A DNA stretch of 64,000 nucleotides, taken from Saprospiraceae bacterium (GTDB lineage: Bacteria > Bacteroidota > Bacteroidia > Chitinophagales > Saprospiraceae). Shown here one piece after another: positions 28,934 to 37,583 of the stretch (its first letter is position 1; every line of letters begins with the position of its first letter). The position numbers and the translations under genes were made by a program. The notes under the pieces are model-generated. The model saw nothing but the letters and a program-made list of their open reading frames with translations. It was not told the origin of the DNA and did not search any database. The stretch lies in NCBI GenBank assembly GCA_041392665.1, contig JAWKLQ010000031.1:18-64017 (forward strand), read 5' to 3'.

Positions 28934-30769
28934 ATGAAGCCTAGTATCGATACCATGCCGAAAACAATAAATGCTAACAAATGGCTATTCCCACTCGCGG
29001 TGATCTTTCTGGCCCTGAGCTGCTGGCTGGCTTTTGATATGCTGCGCCTCACGGCTGCCCGGGAGTTATGGGGATATCGTCCGTTTTTTCTTTATCTGTT
29101 CGCTTGGGGGGCGATCGTGACGTTTATCGGGTGGAACAAACAGCGCCGTGGGCAGGATATTCCCTGGCGCAAGTTTTGCCTTTCGGCGCTGAGTGGTTTT
29201 ATCCTGGCATTTTCCTTTCCCGGCTTATTACCTTTTCCCTGGCTGAGCTTTATCGGCTTCATCCCACTTTTTATTCTTCATCGCGAACTCGAAGGCGAGC
29301 GGGAGCAGGGGAGGAAACAATCGTTGTTTCCCTATGCTTACCAGTCTTTTTTTCTCTGGAATGCGCTGGCGACCTTTTGGGTGACTAATACGGCACTGGC
29401 TGCCGGACTGTTTGCGGTCGTGGTCAACTCCCTGTTAATGTGTATCCCAGTATTGCTGTTTCAGCGTACGGTCCGTGTTTTGCCCCGCTTTGGTTATGTT
29501 AGTTTTATCGCCTACTGGCTGAGCTTTGAATACCTGCATATGCAATGGGATCTATCCTGGCCGTGGCTGACTTTGGGTAATGTCTTCGCCCAGATGCATC
29601 CCACCGTGCAGTGGTATGAGTATACTGGTGTGTTTGGAGGCTCATTGTGGATCTTAGGCCTTAATGTCTTGCTGTTTCGGTTGTGGGAACAACGTCAGGC
29701 CGGTGCCGCAATTTCGCTACGGCGTTGGATTGGAGCCGGAGCACTCATCCTGTTGCCCATTCTGATTAGCTTGTTAATATATTATACCTACCATCCATCA
29801 GAGGAAACACGCAATGTATTGCTGGTGCAGACGAATTTTGAACCGCATTACGATTCCTACGGCGGAGGTCGCCAACAGGAACAGATTGATATTGTGGTCG
29901 ACCAGATCAGAAATGGCCTACAGGCCAATACCGATTTTGTCGTCCTTCCGGAAACAGTATTTGACAGCTATGGGCAGCGAAGCCGGCTCAATGAATACCG
30001 GCCGGTAGAACACCTGCGAGAAGCACTTTCCTCCCAGCCCGGCCTGGCCCTTATCTTCGGCCTGAGCGCTTATCACATTCTGGCGACGGATGAACCGCAC
30101 ACCCGGGCAACCAAGGAGCGCACGGATGTAAATGGCCGGTCTTATTTTTTGGAAACCTATAATGCCGCAGCGCAGTTCATCATCGGCACCGATGAGGTAC
30201 AGTTCTACAAAAAATCAAAACTAGTACCCGGAGCTGAGAGTTTTCCATTTCCCTGGTTGTTTTTCTTTATGGAACCGGTGGTAGAGCAACTGGGCGGTAC
30301 GACCGGAGGCTTCGGTGCTCAACTGGAACGCACTCCAATGGTAAGTACTCATGGGCGAGTAGCCCCGGTGATCTGTTATGAATCCATTTACGGGGAATAT
30401 TTCGGAGGTTACGTTCGTCAGGGAGCACAGGCTGCCTTTATCATGACCAATGACGGCTGGTGGGATAATACGCCCGGTCATTTACAGCATCTATACTTTG
30501 CCTCTCTCCGGGCTATTGAAACGCGTCGTAGCATTGGCCGCGCTGCCAATGTCGGTAATTCTGCTTTTATCAACGAGCGTGGTGATCGTGTGCAGGAAGC
30601 TCAATATAACGAAGCAGTCACCCTCAACGGTCAGATCACCCTCAACGATAAGTTGACTTTTTACGTTAAATGGGGAGACCTGATTGCCCGTATTGCTTTA
30701 TTTTTGGCCTTATTACTGCTGGTGGGGATGGTTGCACAGCAGCTGAAGCAGCGGCTGGAAAATGATTAG
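28934..30769 (+). CDS. lnt: Apolipoprotein N-acyltransferase
   Basis: Nitrilase-fold triad LPET, YKKSKLVPGAE and ICYESIY; TNDGWW and RAIETRR; multi-TM N-terminus. Confidence 0.92.
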   Translation: MKPSIDTMPKTINANKWLFPLAVIFLALSCWLAFDMLRLTAARELWGYRPFFLYLFAWGAIVTFIGWNKQRRGQDIPWRKFCLSALSGFILAFSFPGLLPFPWLSFIGFIPLFILHRELEGEREQGRKQSLFPYAYQSFFLWNALATFWVTNTALAAGLFAVVVNSLLMCIPVLLFQRTVRVLPRFGYVSFIAYWLSFEYLHMQWDLSWPWLTLGNVFAQMHPTVQWYEYTGVFGGSLWILGLNVLLFRLWEQRQAGAAISLRRWIGAGALILLPILISLLIYYTYHPSEETRNVLLVQTNFEPHYDSYGGGRQQEQIDIVVDQIRNGLQANTDFVVLPETVFDSYGQRSRLNEYRPVEHLREALSSQPGLALIFGLSAYHILATDEPHTRATKERTDVNGRSYFLETYNAAAQFIIGTDEVQFYKKSKLVPGAESFPFPWLFFFMEPVVEQLGGTTGGFGAQLERTPMVSTHGRVAPVICYESIYGEYFGGYVRQGAQAAFIMTNDGWWDNTPGHLQHLYFASLRAIETRRSIGRAANVGNSAFINERGDRVQEAQYNEAVTLNGQITLNDKLTFYVKWGDLIARIALFLALLLLVGMVAQQLKQRLEND

Positions 30770-30864
30770 AGAGTGCGAGGGTGAATTCGTGATATAGCTG
30801 CCATTTTATTTCCAAATTATCACCATATCGCCACGTCACCACATCACAATATCACCATATAAAA

Positions 30865-31869
30865 ATGACCAATATCCGCCTCCGCATCCTTTCCTTTGTT
30901 GTGATCGCCTACATGCTTATGGCTTTCACCTGGTGGTCGGTTCTATTGTGGAAAACGCTGGAGGACGCTTTTCAGGCCAAGAGCTACCTGATGAAGATCG
31001 GTATGATCGCCGAGGGAAGGATCAGGACGGATTACGATTTTTACCGTTCGGAAGATTATCTTCAGCTGGAGCAGGATTATGAACGTCAGCAGTGGATGGT
31101 GGCCGGCGAAGGCATCTTTTTTGTGATCAGCCTGGTCATGGGGGTTTGGCTGATCAACCGGGGGTACAACAAAGAAGTGCACTCCACACAGCAAAGAAGA
31201 AACTTTCTCTTGTCCATCACCCATGAGCTTAAATCACCGATCGCATCCATTAAACTGGTACTGGAAACCATCCGAAAGCGGAGAGAGAAACTCTTGCCCG
31301 AGCAGATGGATAAACTCACCAACAGCGGCTTGCAGGAGGCCGACCGGCTAAATACCCTGGTCAATGACCTTTTGCTGTCGGCCAAGCTGGAAACGGCCTA
31401 TCAAATTCACGCCGAACACTTCAATCTGGACGAATTTCTGCAGGATATGATCTGGAAAATGGAAGAGCGGCACTCCGATGCGGATTTTCATTACCACAGT
31501 GATGCTCCTGGTCTGATCGTGGAAGCGGATAAAATGGGATTGACTTCCGTGGTGGGGAACCTGTTGGAAAACGCGGTTAAATACTCCCGTAAAGGCGCCG
31601 TGATCCGGATGGAATTAGTACAGAAAGCTCGATATTGCACGATCACCATAGCTGATAATGGGATAGGCATACCCAACGAAGAAAAAGATCGCATTTTCGA
31701 TCGGTTCTACCGGGTAGGTAATGAAGATACCCGCACAACCAAAGGCACCGGTTTAGGGTTGTTTATAGTGAAAGAGATCGTCCGGGCCCATGGTGGTACC
31801 ATTGAGGTCAGCGATAACGAACCCAACGGAAGTATTTTTAAGATCACTATACCCACCAGACTGAAGTAA
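30865..31869 (+). CDS. Sensor histidine kinase
   Basis: Two TMs, ITHELKSPI H-box, NLLENAVKY, DNGIGI and GTGLGL. Confidence 0.95.
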   Translation: MTNIRLRILSFVVIAYMLMAFTWWSVLLWKTLEDAFQAKSYLMKIGMIAEGRIRTDYDFYRSEDYLQLEQDYERQQWMVAGEGIFFVISLVMGVWLINRGYNKEVHSTQQRRNFLLSITHELKSPIASIKLVLETIRKRREKLLPEQMDKLTNSGLQEADRLNTLVNDLLLSAKLETAYQIHAEHFNLDEFLQDMIWKMEERHSDADFHYHSDAPGLIVEADKMGLTSVVGNLLENAVKYSRKGAVIRMELVQKARYCTITIADNGIGIPNEEKDRIFDRFYRVGNEDTRTTKGTGLGLFIVKEIVRAHGGTIEVSDNEPNGSIFKITIPTRLK

Positions 31870-31887
31870 CGACTTAATGTATAGACT

Positions 31888-32571
31888 ATGGCTCGAATAT
31901 TATTGGTAGAAGATGAGGAAAGCTTACGCGAATCGCTCAAGCTAAATCTGGAATTAGAAGATTATGAAGTGGTAGCCGCAAATAACGGCAAGGATGCCCT
32001 CAAGCATTTCCACGAACAGCATTTTGATCTGGCAGTGCTGGATGTTATGCTTCCTGAAGTGGACGGTTTTCAGATCTGCGAGCAGATTCGACTGACGAAT
32101 CTGGATCTACCGGTAATCTTCCTTACCGCGAAGGATACGGCTTTCGATCGCATTTCCGGTTTGAAAAGAGGAGCCGACGATTACATTACCAAACCATTTA
32201 ATCTGGAAGAATTGCTACTGCGCGTCAACAATCTGATCCGTCGCACCAGCAAGTCGCCGGAGAATACTCCGGAAATTTATGAGTTCGGCGGTAACCGGAT
32301 CAACTTTGTTACTTACGAAGCTACTGCTAACGGCAAGACCTTCGCGTTGACCAAAAAAGAGGCTATGTTGCTGAAGTTGCTGGTTGACCGTCGCAATGAA
32401 GTGGTGTCCCGTCAACAGATCCTGCAGTCGGTATGGGGGTATGATGTGTATCCTTCTACCCGTACTATCGATAATTTCATCCTTTCCTTTCGCAAATATT
32501 TTGAAGAAGACCCCAAGAATCCTGAGTACTTCCTTTCCGTGCGGGGAGTAGGTTATAAGTTTGTGGGATAA
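31888..32571 (+). CDS. OmpR-family response regulator
   Basis: ILLVEDE, LDVMLP, FLTAK, DDYITKPF and winged helix RTIDNFI..RK..E...SVRGVGY. Confidence 0.95.
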   Translation: MARILLVEDEESLRESLKLNLELEDYEVVAANNGKDALKHFHEQHFDLAVLDVMLPEVDGFQICEQIRLTNLDLPVIFLTAKDTAFDRISGLKRGADDYITKPFNLEELLLRVNNLIRRTSKSPENTPEIYEFGGNRINFVTYEATANGKTFALTKKEAMLLKLLVDRRNEVVSRQQILQSVWGYDVYPSTRTIDNFILSFRKYFEEDPKNPEYFLSVRGVGYKFVG

Positions 32572-32584
32572 GCACGTCTGATGG

Positions 32585-33325
32585 TCAACGATCCTCCGTC
32601 AACCGCTTTAGTACTTCTGGGGTCGCCGCTGCCGTGCTGAGCGGCAGGGCCACCAGAAACCCGATACCCGTCATCAACAGGAGGACAAAGATGGAGCCGT
32701 TACCAATGGCCAGCCAGCGATAATCTCGTACAAAGCGGATGCTGCCCTTAACATTCAGATGGCGTTCCAGGGTATAATCCATACTGCCGAAGCCGGCGTA
32801 ATAAGACTGGATCAAAAAGATCCCCGCTACAACAAATGGACTGAAGAATGGGATCAGCCCGACCAAGAGTAATAGTAAAGTGAAGAATAACTCCCGGCTG
32901 ATATTGCGCAATGCAATGCGGAGTCCGCGAATGATCTCGCGCAGCATTCTCCCGGAGGTATAAGGAGACGACACTGCGTATAAACCACTTCTTTTCTCTA
33001 TACGTTCGCTGAGTTTGCTCATAAAGGGAGACGCCAGTGCCATTACCAGGTTCTTGTATAGGATCAGACCTACAGAAGCCAGTAACAGGCTACCGAAGAA
33101 AACACTGATCCTGCGGATAGTCTGCTGTCCGGTCTCCCAGGGATATAGATCGGATATCCAGCGACCGACATCATCGCCGAGATACCAGGCGACGCTGAAA
33201 ATAATCCCTGCCAACAGCACACTGATCAGCGCCGGGACCAGAAAAAAAGACCAGAGTCGCATCGACTTGATGAGCTGCAGGGCCCGACTGTAAGCAGAAA
33301 TACCAATGAAAAAGTTGCGGAACAT
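32585..33325 (-). CDS. EI24/CysZ-like membrane protein
   Basis: LASPF...LSERIE, YYAGFGSMDYTLER and four to five TM segments. Confidence 0.8.
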   Translation of the reverse strand: MFRNFFIGISAYSRALQLIKSMRLWSFFLVPALISVLLAGIIFSVAWYLGDDVGRWISDLYPWETGQQTIRRISVFFGSLLLASVGLILYKNLVMALASPFMSKLSERIEKRSGLYAVSSPYTSGRMLREIIRGLRIALRNISRELFFTLLLLLVGLIPFFSPFVVAGIFLIQSYYAGFGSMDYTLERHLNVKGSIRFVRDYRWLAIGNGSIFVLLLMTGIGFLVALPLSTAAATPEVLKRLTEDR

Positions 33326-33454
33326 AGATCTTCATTTTTTAGCCCGGGAGCTTGTCTCCATCGATTGATTGACATGTAAATGTACTTCGCTGTGATCTAT
33401 TCCTGCCACATCCATCTACTAATATCAGAATTCTATCGATGGGCTTATGTGACC

Positions 33455-34873
33455 TCACCGTCGCAACTTACTCGCTACCCATTCCCGTATCGGTAAATAT
33501 TCCTGCTTCAACTCGGTAACGGCAGTTGGAGCAGTTTCGGAAAAAAGCTGCTCGTGTAGCGCCGCAAAAGCAGTCGGTAGATCACTTTCACCCAAATGGG
33601 AAGCTTTCGAAAAAAAACGAAGCAGCGCCTTTTCGTATACCTGTAGCGGGCGGGTTTTAATCAGCCAGCGTTTGGTACTGTCTACGAAGTAGCGAAGCAC
33701 AAAGTAATTTTTCAATTCCAGATGGACCATAAGATTAAGCCAGTGACCGTATGTTTTCAGGTCTTCCCGGGTAGACTCAAATTTGTGATTGAGCATTTGA
33801 TTGATCCAGTGCAGCGAGGCTGTGTAATTGGCCTGTAGAAAATACAGATAGGCAAACTGATACCAGAATGACAGCAGATAACCGGGAGGAATATTAGACT
33901 GCTCCCGCTCCATAAAAGCCCTGATCTGCTGAATGCTTTCACCTGCGGCCGGGAAATTCCGATTGTAGCGATAAATTTCCAGCTCCAGATTATAAGTGCG
34001 TAAGATCAGCCGCAGCAAAGAAGGATCGATGCGCTTCAACTGATTGAAATAGGTTTTGGAAAGTGTGATCCAGGGCATGGCCTCTTCGTAACGACCTGAC
34101 CATACCAGTAGTGCCAGAAGATTATTCAGGGTCGTTGCCCATAAGTGTAGATTTTCCGGGATCAGATGTGGTTGATCTTTCCAAAGATTCAGCTCGGCAA
34201 GCAAAGCTTCCAGCGCCTGTTCCTGAGCCTGTTTTCCCTGGAAGGACTGATAATAGATCCAGTTGGCGTATAACGTTCGGTTGCTTAGGTACCATTGTTC
34301 GTTCGGTTTTTCGGCAATGTCTTGTTCCAATCCCAGCATCAGCCCCCGTAATCTGCTCTCCCGGTCCATACGCTGTAAGCTTTTGCGTTGTGCTTCCACG
34401 CAAATGCGCACTGCCTGGAGATCAGCGGGAGACTTGGCCTGCGTGAGTTGGCGCTGCCAGTCGGCAATTTCCCATTCCAGATAGGGCAGCTCACTGCGGG
34501 AGGCCAGTTTGGTCGCAGTCTGTAAAATGGCCAAGCATTGATCAAAAAGTCCCTTTCGGAACAGGATCTCCACGGTGCGGAGCTGATCCTGTATTGCTAC
34601 CTTTGTCGATATGCTACTGTGATAATTTCGTAAAGACTTCAGGATCAGATCGTACAGGTAGCGCTTAGTCAGATGAAAATGTTGGATCGCCTTTTCACCA
34701 CGAAAATGCTTTCGGAGGGCCTGCTCATCATAGGCATTCTGTTGGTCAATGGCGTCAAAGAGCTGCTGATATAGCGCTTTGCTCTTGTTATGCTGACAGA
34801 ACAGCCGGAAGTAGCGCTTTTCCGATGGTGACAGGCTTTTAATAAGTTGATGTAGATGTACGGACTTGGGCAT
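33455..34873 (-). CDS. Conserved hypothetical alpha-helical/TPR-like protein (LIKSLSxSEKRYF family)
   Basis: 472 aa, no signal peptide; N-terminal LIKSLSPSEKRYFRL...LFDAI...KRYLYDLILKSLRNYH; helical repeats with YQFAYLYF. Confidence 0.8.
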   Translation of the reverse strand: MPKSVHLHQLIKSLSPSEKRYFRLFCQHNKSKALYQQLFDAIDQQNAYDEQALRKHFRGEKAIQHFHLTKRYLYDLILKSLRNYHSSISTKVAIQDQLRTVEILFRKGLFDQCLAILQTATKLASRSELPYLEWEIADWQRQLTQAKSPADLQAVRICVEAQRKSLQRMDRESRLRGLMLGLEQDIAEKPNEQWYLSNRTLYANWIYYQSFQGKQAQEQALEALLAELNLWKDQPHLIPENLHLWATTLNNLLALLVWSGRYEEAMPWITLSKTYFNQLKRIDPSLLRLILRTYNLELEIYRYNRNFPAAGESIQQIRAFMEREQSNIPPGYLLSFWYQFAYLYFLQANYTASLHWINQMLNHKFESTREDLKTYGHWLNLMVHLELKNYFVLRYFVDSTKRWLIKTRPLQVYEKALLRFFSKASHLGESDLPTAFAALHEQLFSETAPTAVTELKQEYLPIREWVASKLRR

Positions 34874-34909
34874 GGTGGAAAGAATATTACCGGACCGTAA
34901 TATACCGTA

Positions 34910-35863
34910 TTATTCCCGTACGCCGGCTCGCCGTAAACGGTCATTAATGGCCCGGCCCAGGCCTTCTTCGGGCAGCGTTTCGGCCAGGATAATGTCAATG
35001 TCCATGGCATCCAATCGGCGAAGGGAGGCGAAAAGCAGTTGTGCGGCTTCCTCCAGCTTGCCCGACGGCGACAGCAGGATCTGATGATCCGGATAGATGT
35101 CGGGTAGTCCTTCCTGAAATGCCAACACGCCTGTTCGTAAACGATCTCTTCCTTCCCGCAGCGTTTGCAGATTACCCAGCAACAGGGGCACGCGGGGCGC
35201 ATAATGACTCTTTAACATACCCGGTGCCTGAGGATTACTGCTGGAATGTTCTCTAACTCGCACCGGCCCGGCAACGGCTTCGATCTTTTCAACAGAAAGC
35301 CCGCCTTTGCGGAATACGGTCAAATGACCGTCCTCCAAACCGACAATGGTACTCTCCAATCCCACCCGACAGGGGCCGCCATCCAGAATATAGGGGATCT
35401 TTTCACCGAGTTGATCGGCTACATGTTGGGCGGTCGTCGGACTAATATAACCGAAAGGATTGGCACTGGGTGCCGCCAGTGGGAAATTGAGTTGAGCCAA
35501 AAGTTCCTGGCTCATCGGATGCGCGGGCAGCCGGACCGCGACCAGAGGTGAGCCGGCAGTTACCAGATCGGGAATGATCGCCTTTTTTTCGAGGAGCAGG
35601 GTTAGCGGGCCGGGCATGAAAGTATCCGCCAGAATGCGAAGGATCGGTGGCAGGGGATGGGTCCAGGCTAAGATGCGATCGATAGAACTGGTGTGAAGGA
35701 TGAGCGGATCGAAACTCGGCCGGTTCTTGACGGCAAATATCCGGGCAACGGCTTTTGTATCCAGGGCATTGCCAGCCAGGCCGTAGACCGTTTCGGTCGG
35801 AATGGCAACCAACTCACCGGAAGCTAGTAAAGATGCTGCGTAATTCAGGTCGGTACCGATCAT
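34910..35863 (-). CDS. tsaC: L-threonylcarbamoyladenylate synthase (Sua5/YwlC type with C-terminal SUA5 domain)
   Basis: AIPTETVYGLA, KNRPSFDPLILH, PGPLTL, APSAN, GLESTIV, APGMLKSHYAP and GLGRAINDRL. Confidence 0.95.
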   Translation of the reverse strand: MIGTDLNYAASLLASGELVAIPTETVYGLAGNALDTKAVARIFAVKNRPSFDPLILHTSSIDRILAWTHPLPPILRILADTFMPGPLTLLLEKKAIIPDLVTAGSPLVAVRLPAHPMSQELLAQLNFPLAAPSANPFGYISPTTAQHVADQLGEKIPYILDGGPCRVGLESTIVGLEDGHLTVFRKGGLSVEKIEAVAGPVRVREHSSSNPQAPGMLKSHYAPRVPLLLGNLQTLREGRDRLRTGVLAFQEGLPDIYPDHQILLSPSGKLEEAAQLLFASLRRLDAMDIDIILAETLPEEGLGRAINDRLRRAGVRE

Positions 35864-35969
35864 GTCATTCTTGAAAATTGGCGGCAAAAATAGCAAAAAA
35901 CCAGGCACCTGGCACCCACTAGCCGGTACCGTAACCTATATTTGTAAGAAATCAACCAATCCCTAACCC

Positions 35970-37304
35970 GTGCTGTATAACTTTCGCATTAATATTGTCA
36001 TTCGGCTGGTGATCATCTTTCTATTGCTGATCTCGGTTATTACCGTTTTCGAAAAGGACGAACTACAGATGCTTCCGATTTTTCTGATCTTAGTTGTGTT
36101 GGTGATCACAGTATTCAATTTGTTTTACTACGTGGATCAGACCAACCGGGATCTGTCTAATTTTCTATCCAGTATCAAATTCAACGATTATACGACCACC
36201 GCCTCGGCGGCGCACCGGGGTAGATCCTTCGGTCAGTTGTACGATGGCTTTAATCTGATCAACCGGAAGTTTCAGGAAGTACGTGCCGAGAAAGAGGCTA
36301 ACCATCAGTTTTTACAAACAGTGGTAGAACACATCAATATTGGCCTGCTTTGCTATAACGAAGAGGAAGAAGTGATCCTGATGAATAAATCCCTGCAGTC
36401 GCTGCTCCACAAATCCTATCTCATTAATCTGGAGGGATTGCGGGCGGTGGACGATAAACTTTTCGAGACCATTCGGGCACTCCCTTCCGGGGAACGAACA
36501 CTTACCAAAGTGATCATCGACAATAAGTTGTTGCAGCTGGCTATTCAGTCAACAGAGCTCACCCTAAATAAGAATCGCCTCCGGCTGGTATCCTTCCAGA
36601 ACATTCAAAGTGAACTGGATGCCCAGGAGCTGGTGGCCTGGCAAAAACTCATCCGCATTCTTACCCATGAGATCATGAACTCGGTAGCGCCTATCTCTTC
36701 CCTGAGTTCTACCCTGAAGGACATCGTCGGCGAAAAATCGGAACTGGACCCCGATGCGCTGAAAATGGTGCGTCATTCACTGGGCGTGATCCAGAAACGC
36801 AGCGAAGGTCTGATGGCATTTACGGATACCTATCGGGAACTGACCCGGATCCCACCGCCCAAATTCCAGCTGGTGGACGGTGAAGAGCTGCTGCTGGAAA
36901 CGGAAACACTGTTTAAGGCCAGGATCGACCGGCAACAGTTGCATTTTCAGATCCATACACCGCCCTCCCCGGTACATTTTCAGGCAGATCCCAACCTGCT
37001 GGAACAGGTGTTGATTAACCTCATTAAAAACGCCATGGATGCACTGGAAGGCCAGGAAGATGCGGCCATCAATGTTCATCTGCAAAAAAATGCTACGGGC
37101 AAAGTGGTGATCCAGGTAGCCGATAACGGTCCGGGTATACCACCGGAAAAGCTGGATCAGATATTTGTACCATTTTATACTACAAAGGAATCCGGTTCGG
37201 GTATCGGTCTGAGCTTGTCCCGGCAGATCATGCGTTTGCACAAAGGAAGCCTTGAGGTGCAATCTGTACTTGGACAGGGATCTGTTTTTAGTCTTACGAT
37301 TTAA
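35970..37304 (+). CDS. NtrY-like sensor histidine kinase with PAS domain (no cognate regulator adjacent)
   Basis: Two N-terminal TMs, AWQKLIRILTHEIMNS, NLIKNAMDA, DNGPGI and GSGIGL. Confidence 0.92.
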   Translation: MLYNFRINIVIRLVIIFLLLISVITVFEKDELQMLPIFLILVVLVITVFNLFYYVDQTNRDLSNFLSSIKFNDYTTTASAAHRGRSFGQLYDGFNLINRKFQEVRAEKEANHQFLQTVVEHINIGLLCYNEEEEVILMNKSLQSLLHKSYLINLEGLRAVDDKLFETIRALPSGERTLTKVIIDNKLLQLAIQSTELTLNKNRLRLVSFQNIQSELDAQELVAWQKLIRILTHEIMNSVAPISSLSSTLKDIVGEKSELDPDALKMVRHSLGVIQKRSEGLMAFTDTYRELTRIPPPKFQLVDGEELLLETETLFKARIDRQQLHFQIHTPPSPVHFQADPNLLEQVLINLIKNAMDALEGQEDAAINVHLQKNATGKVVIQVADNGPGIPPEKLDQIFVPFYTTKESGSGIGLSLSRQIMRLHKGSLEVQSVLGQGSVFSLTI

Positions 37305-37370
37305 CTCCTGTGCAATTAATCCAACCTAAAGAGTCCGGAAATAAAAAAATCAATAAATTTGCCCTCCTTA

Positions 37371-37502
37371 GTAGTTTGACGGAAATAAATGAACCAATTT
37401 TTCCTAGAGGTTTTGAAAATTTCGCACACCATCTCCTGATAGTCAATGGCTTAACGAAATATTAAAAACCTAAAATTGGTTCATTTATTTTTGCTCCGTC
37501 AC
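37371..37502 (-). mobile_element. 132-bp MITE, copy 4
   Basis: GTAGTTTGACGG...CTCCGTCAC flanked by TTA on both sides (37368-37370, 37503-37505). Confidence 0.92.
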
Positions 37503-37583
37503 TTATCCCTGCCAAACTGACCAGATCTTTATCCTCCCTTAATTGTTTACAACGGAGATATCCGCAAGAAAATCGGAAGCCAT

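Noticed and set aside
28934-30769. Lnt in Bacteroidota as a novelty
   Set aside because: Bacteroides lack Lnt, but to my knowledge Lnt homologues are common in other Bacteroidota classes; the triad is ordinary.
37305-37583. Cobalamin or SAM riboswitch upstream of metH
   Set aside because: No B12-box or SAM-I/II core is recognisable; the structured part is MITE copy 4.
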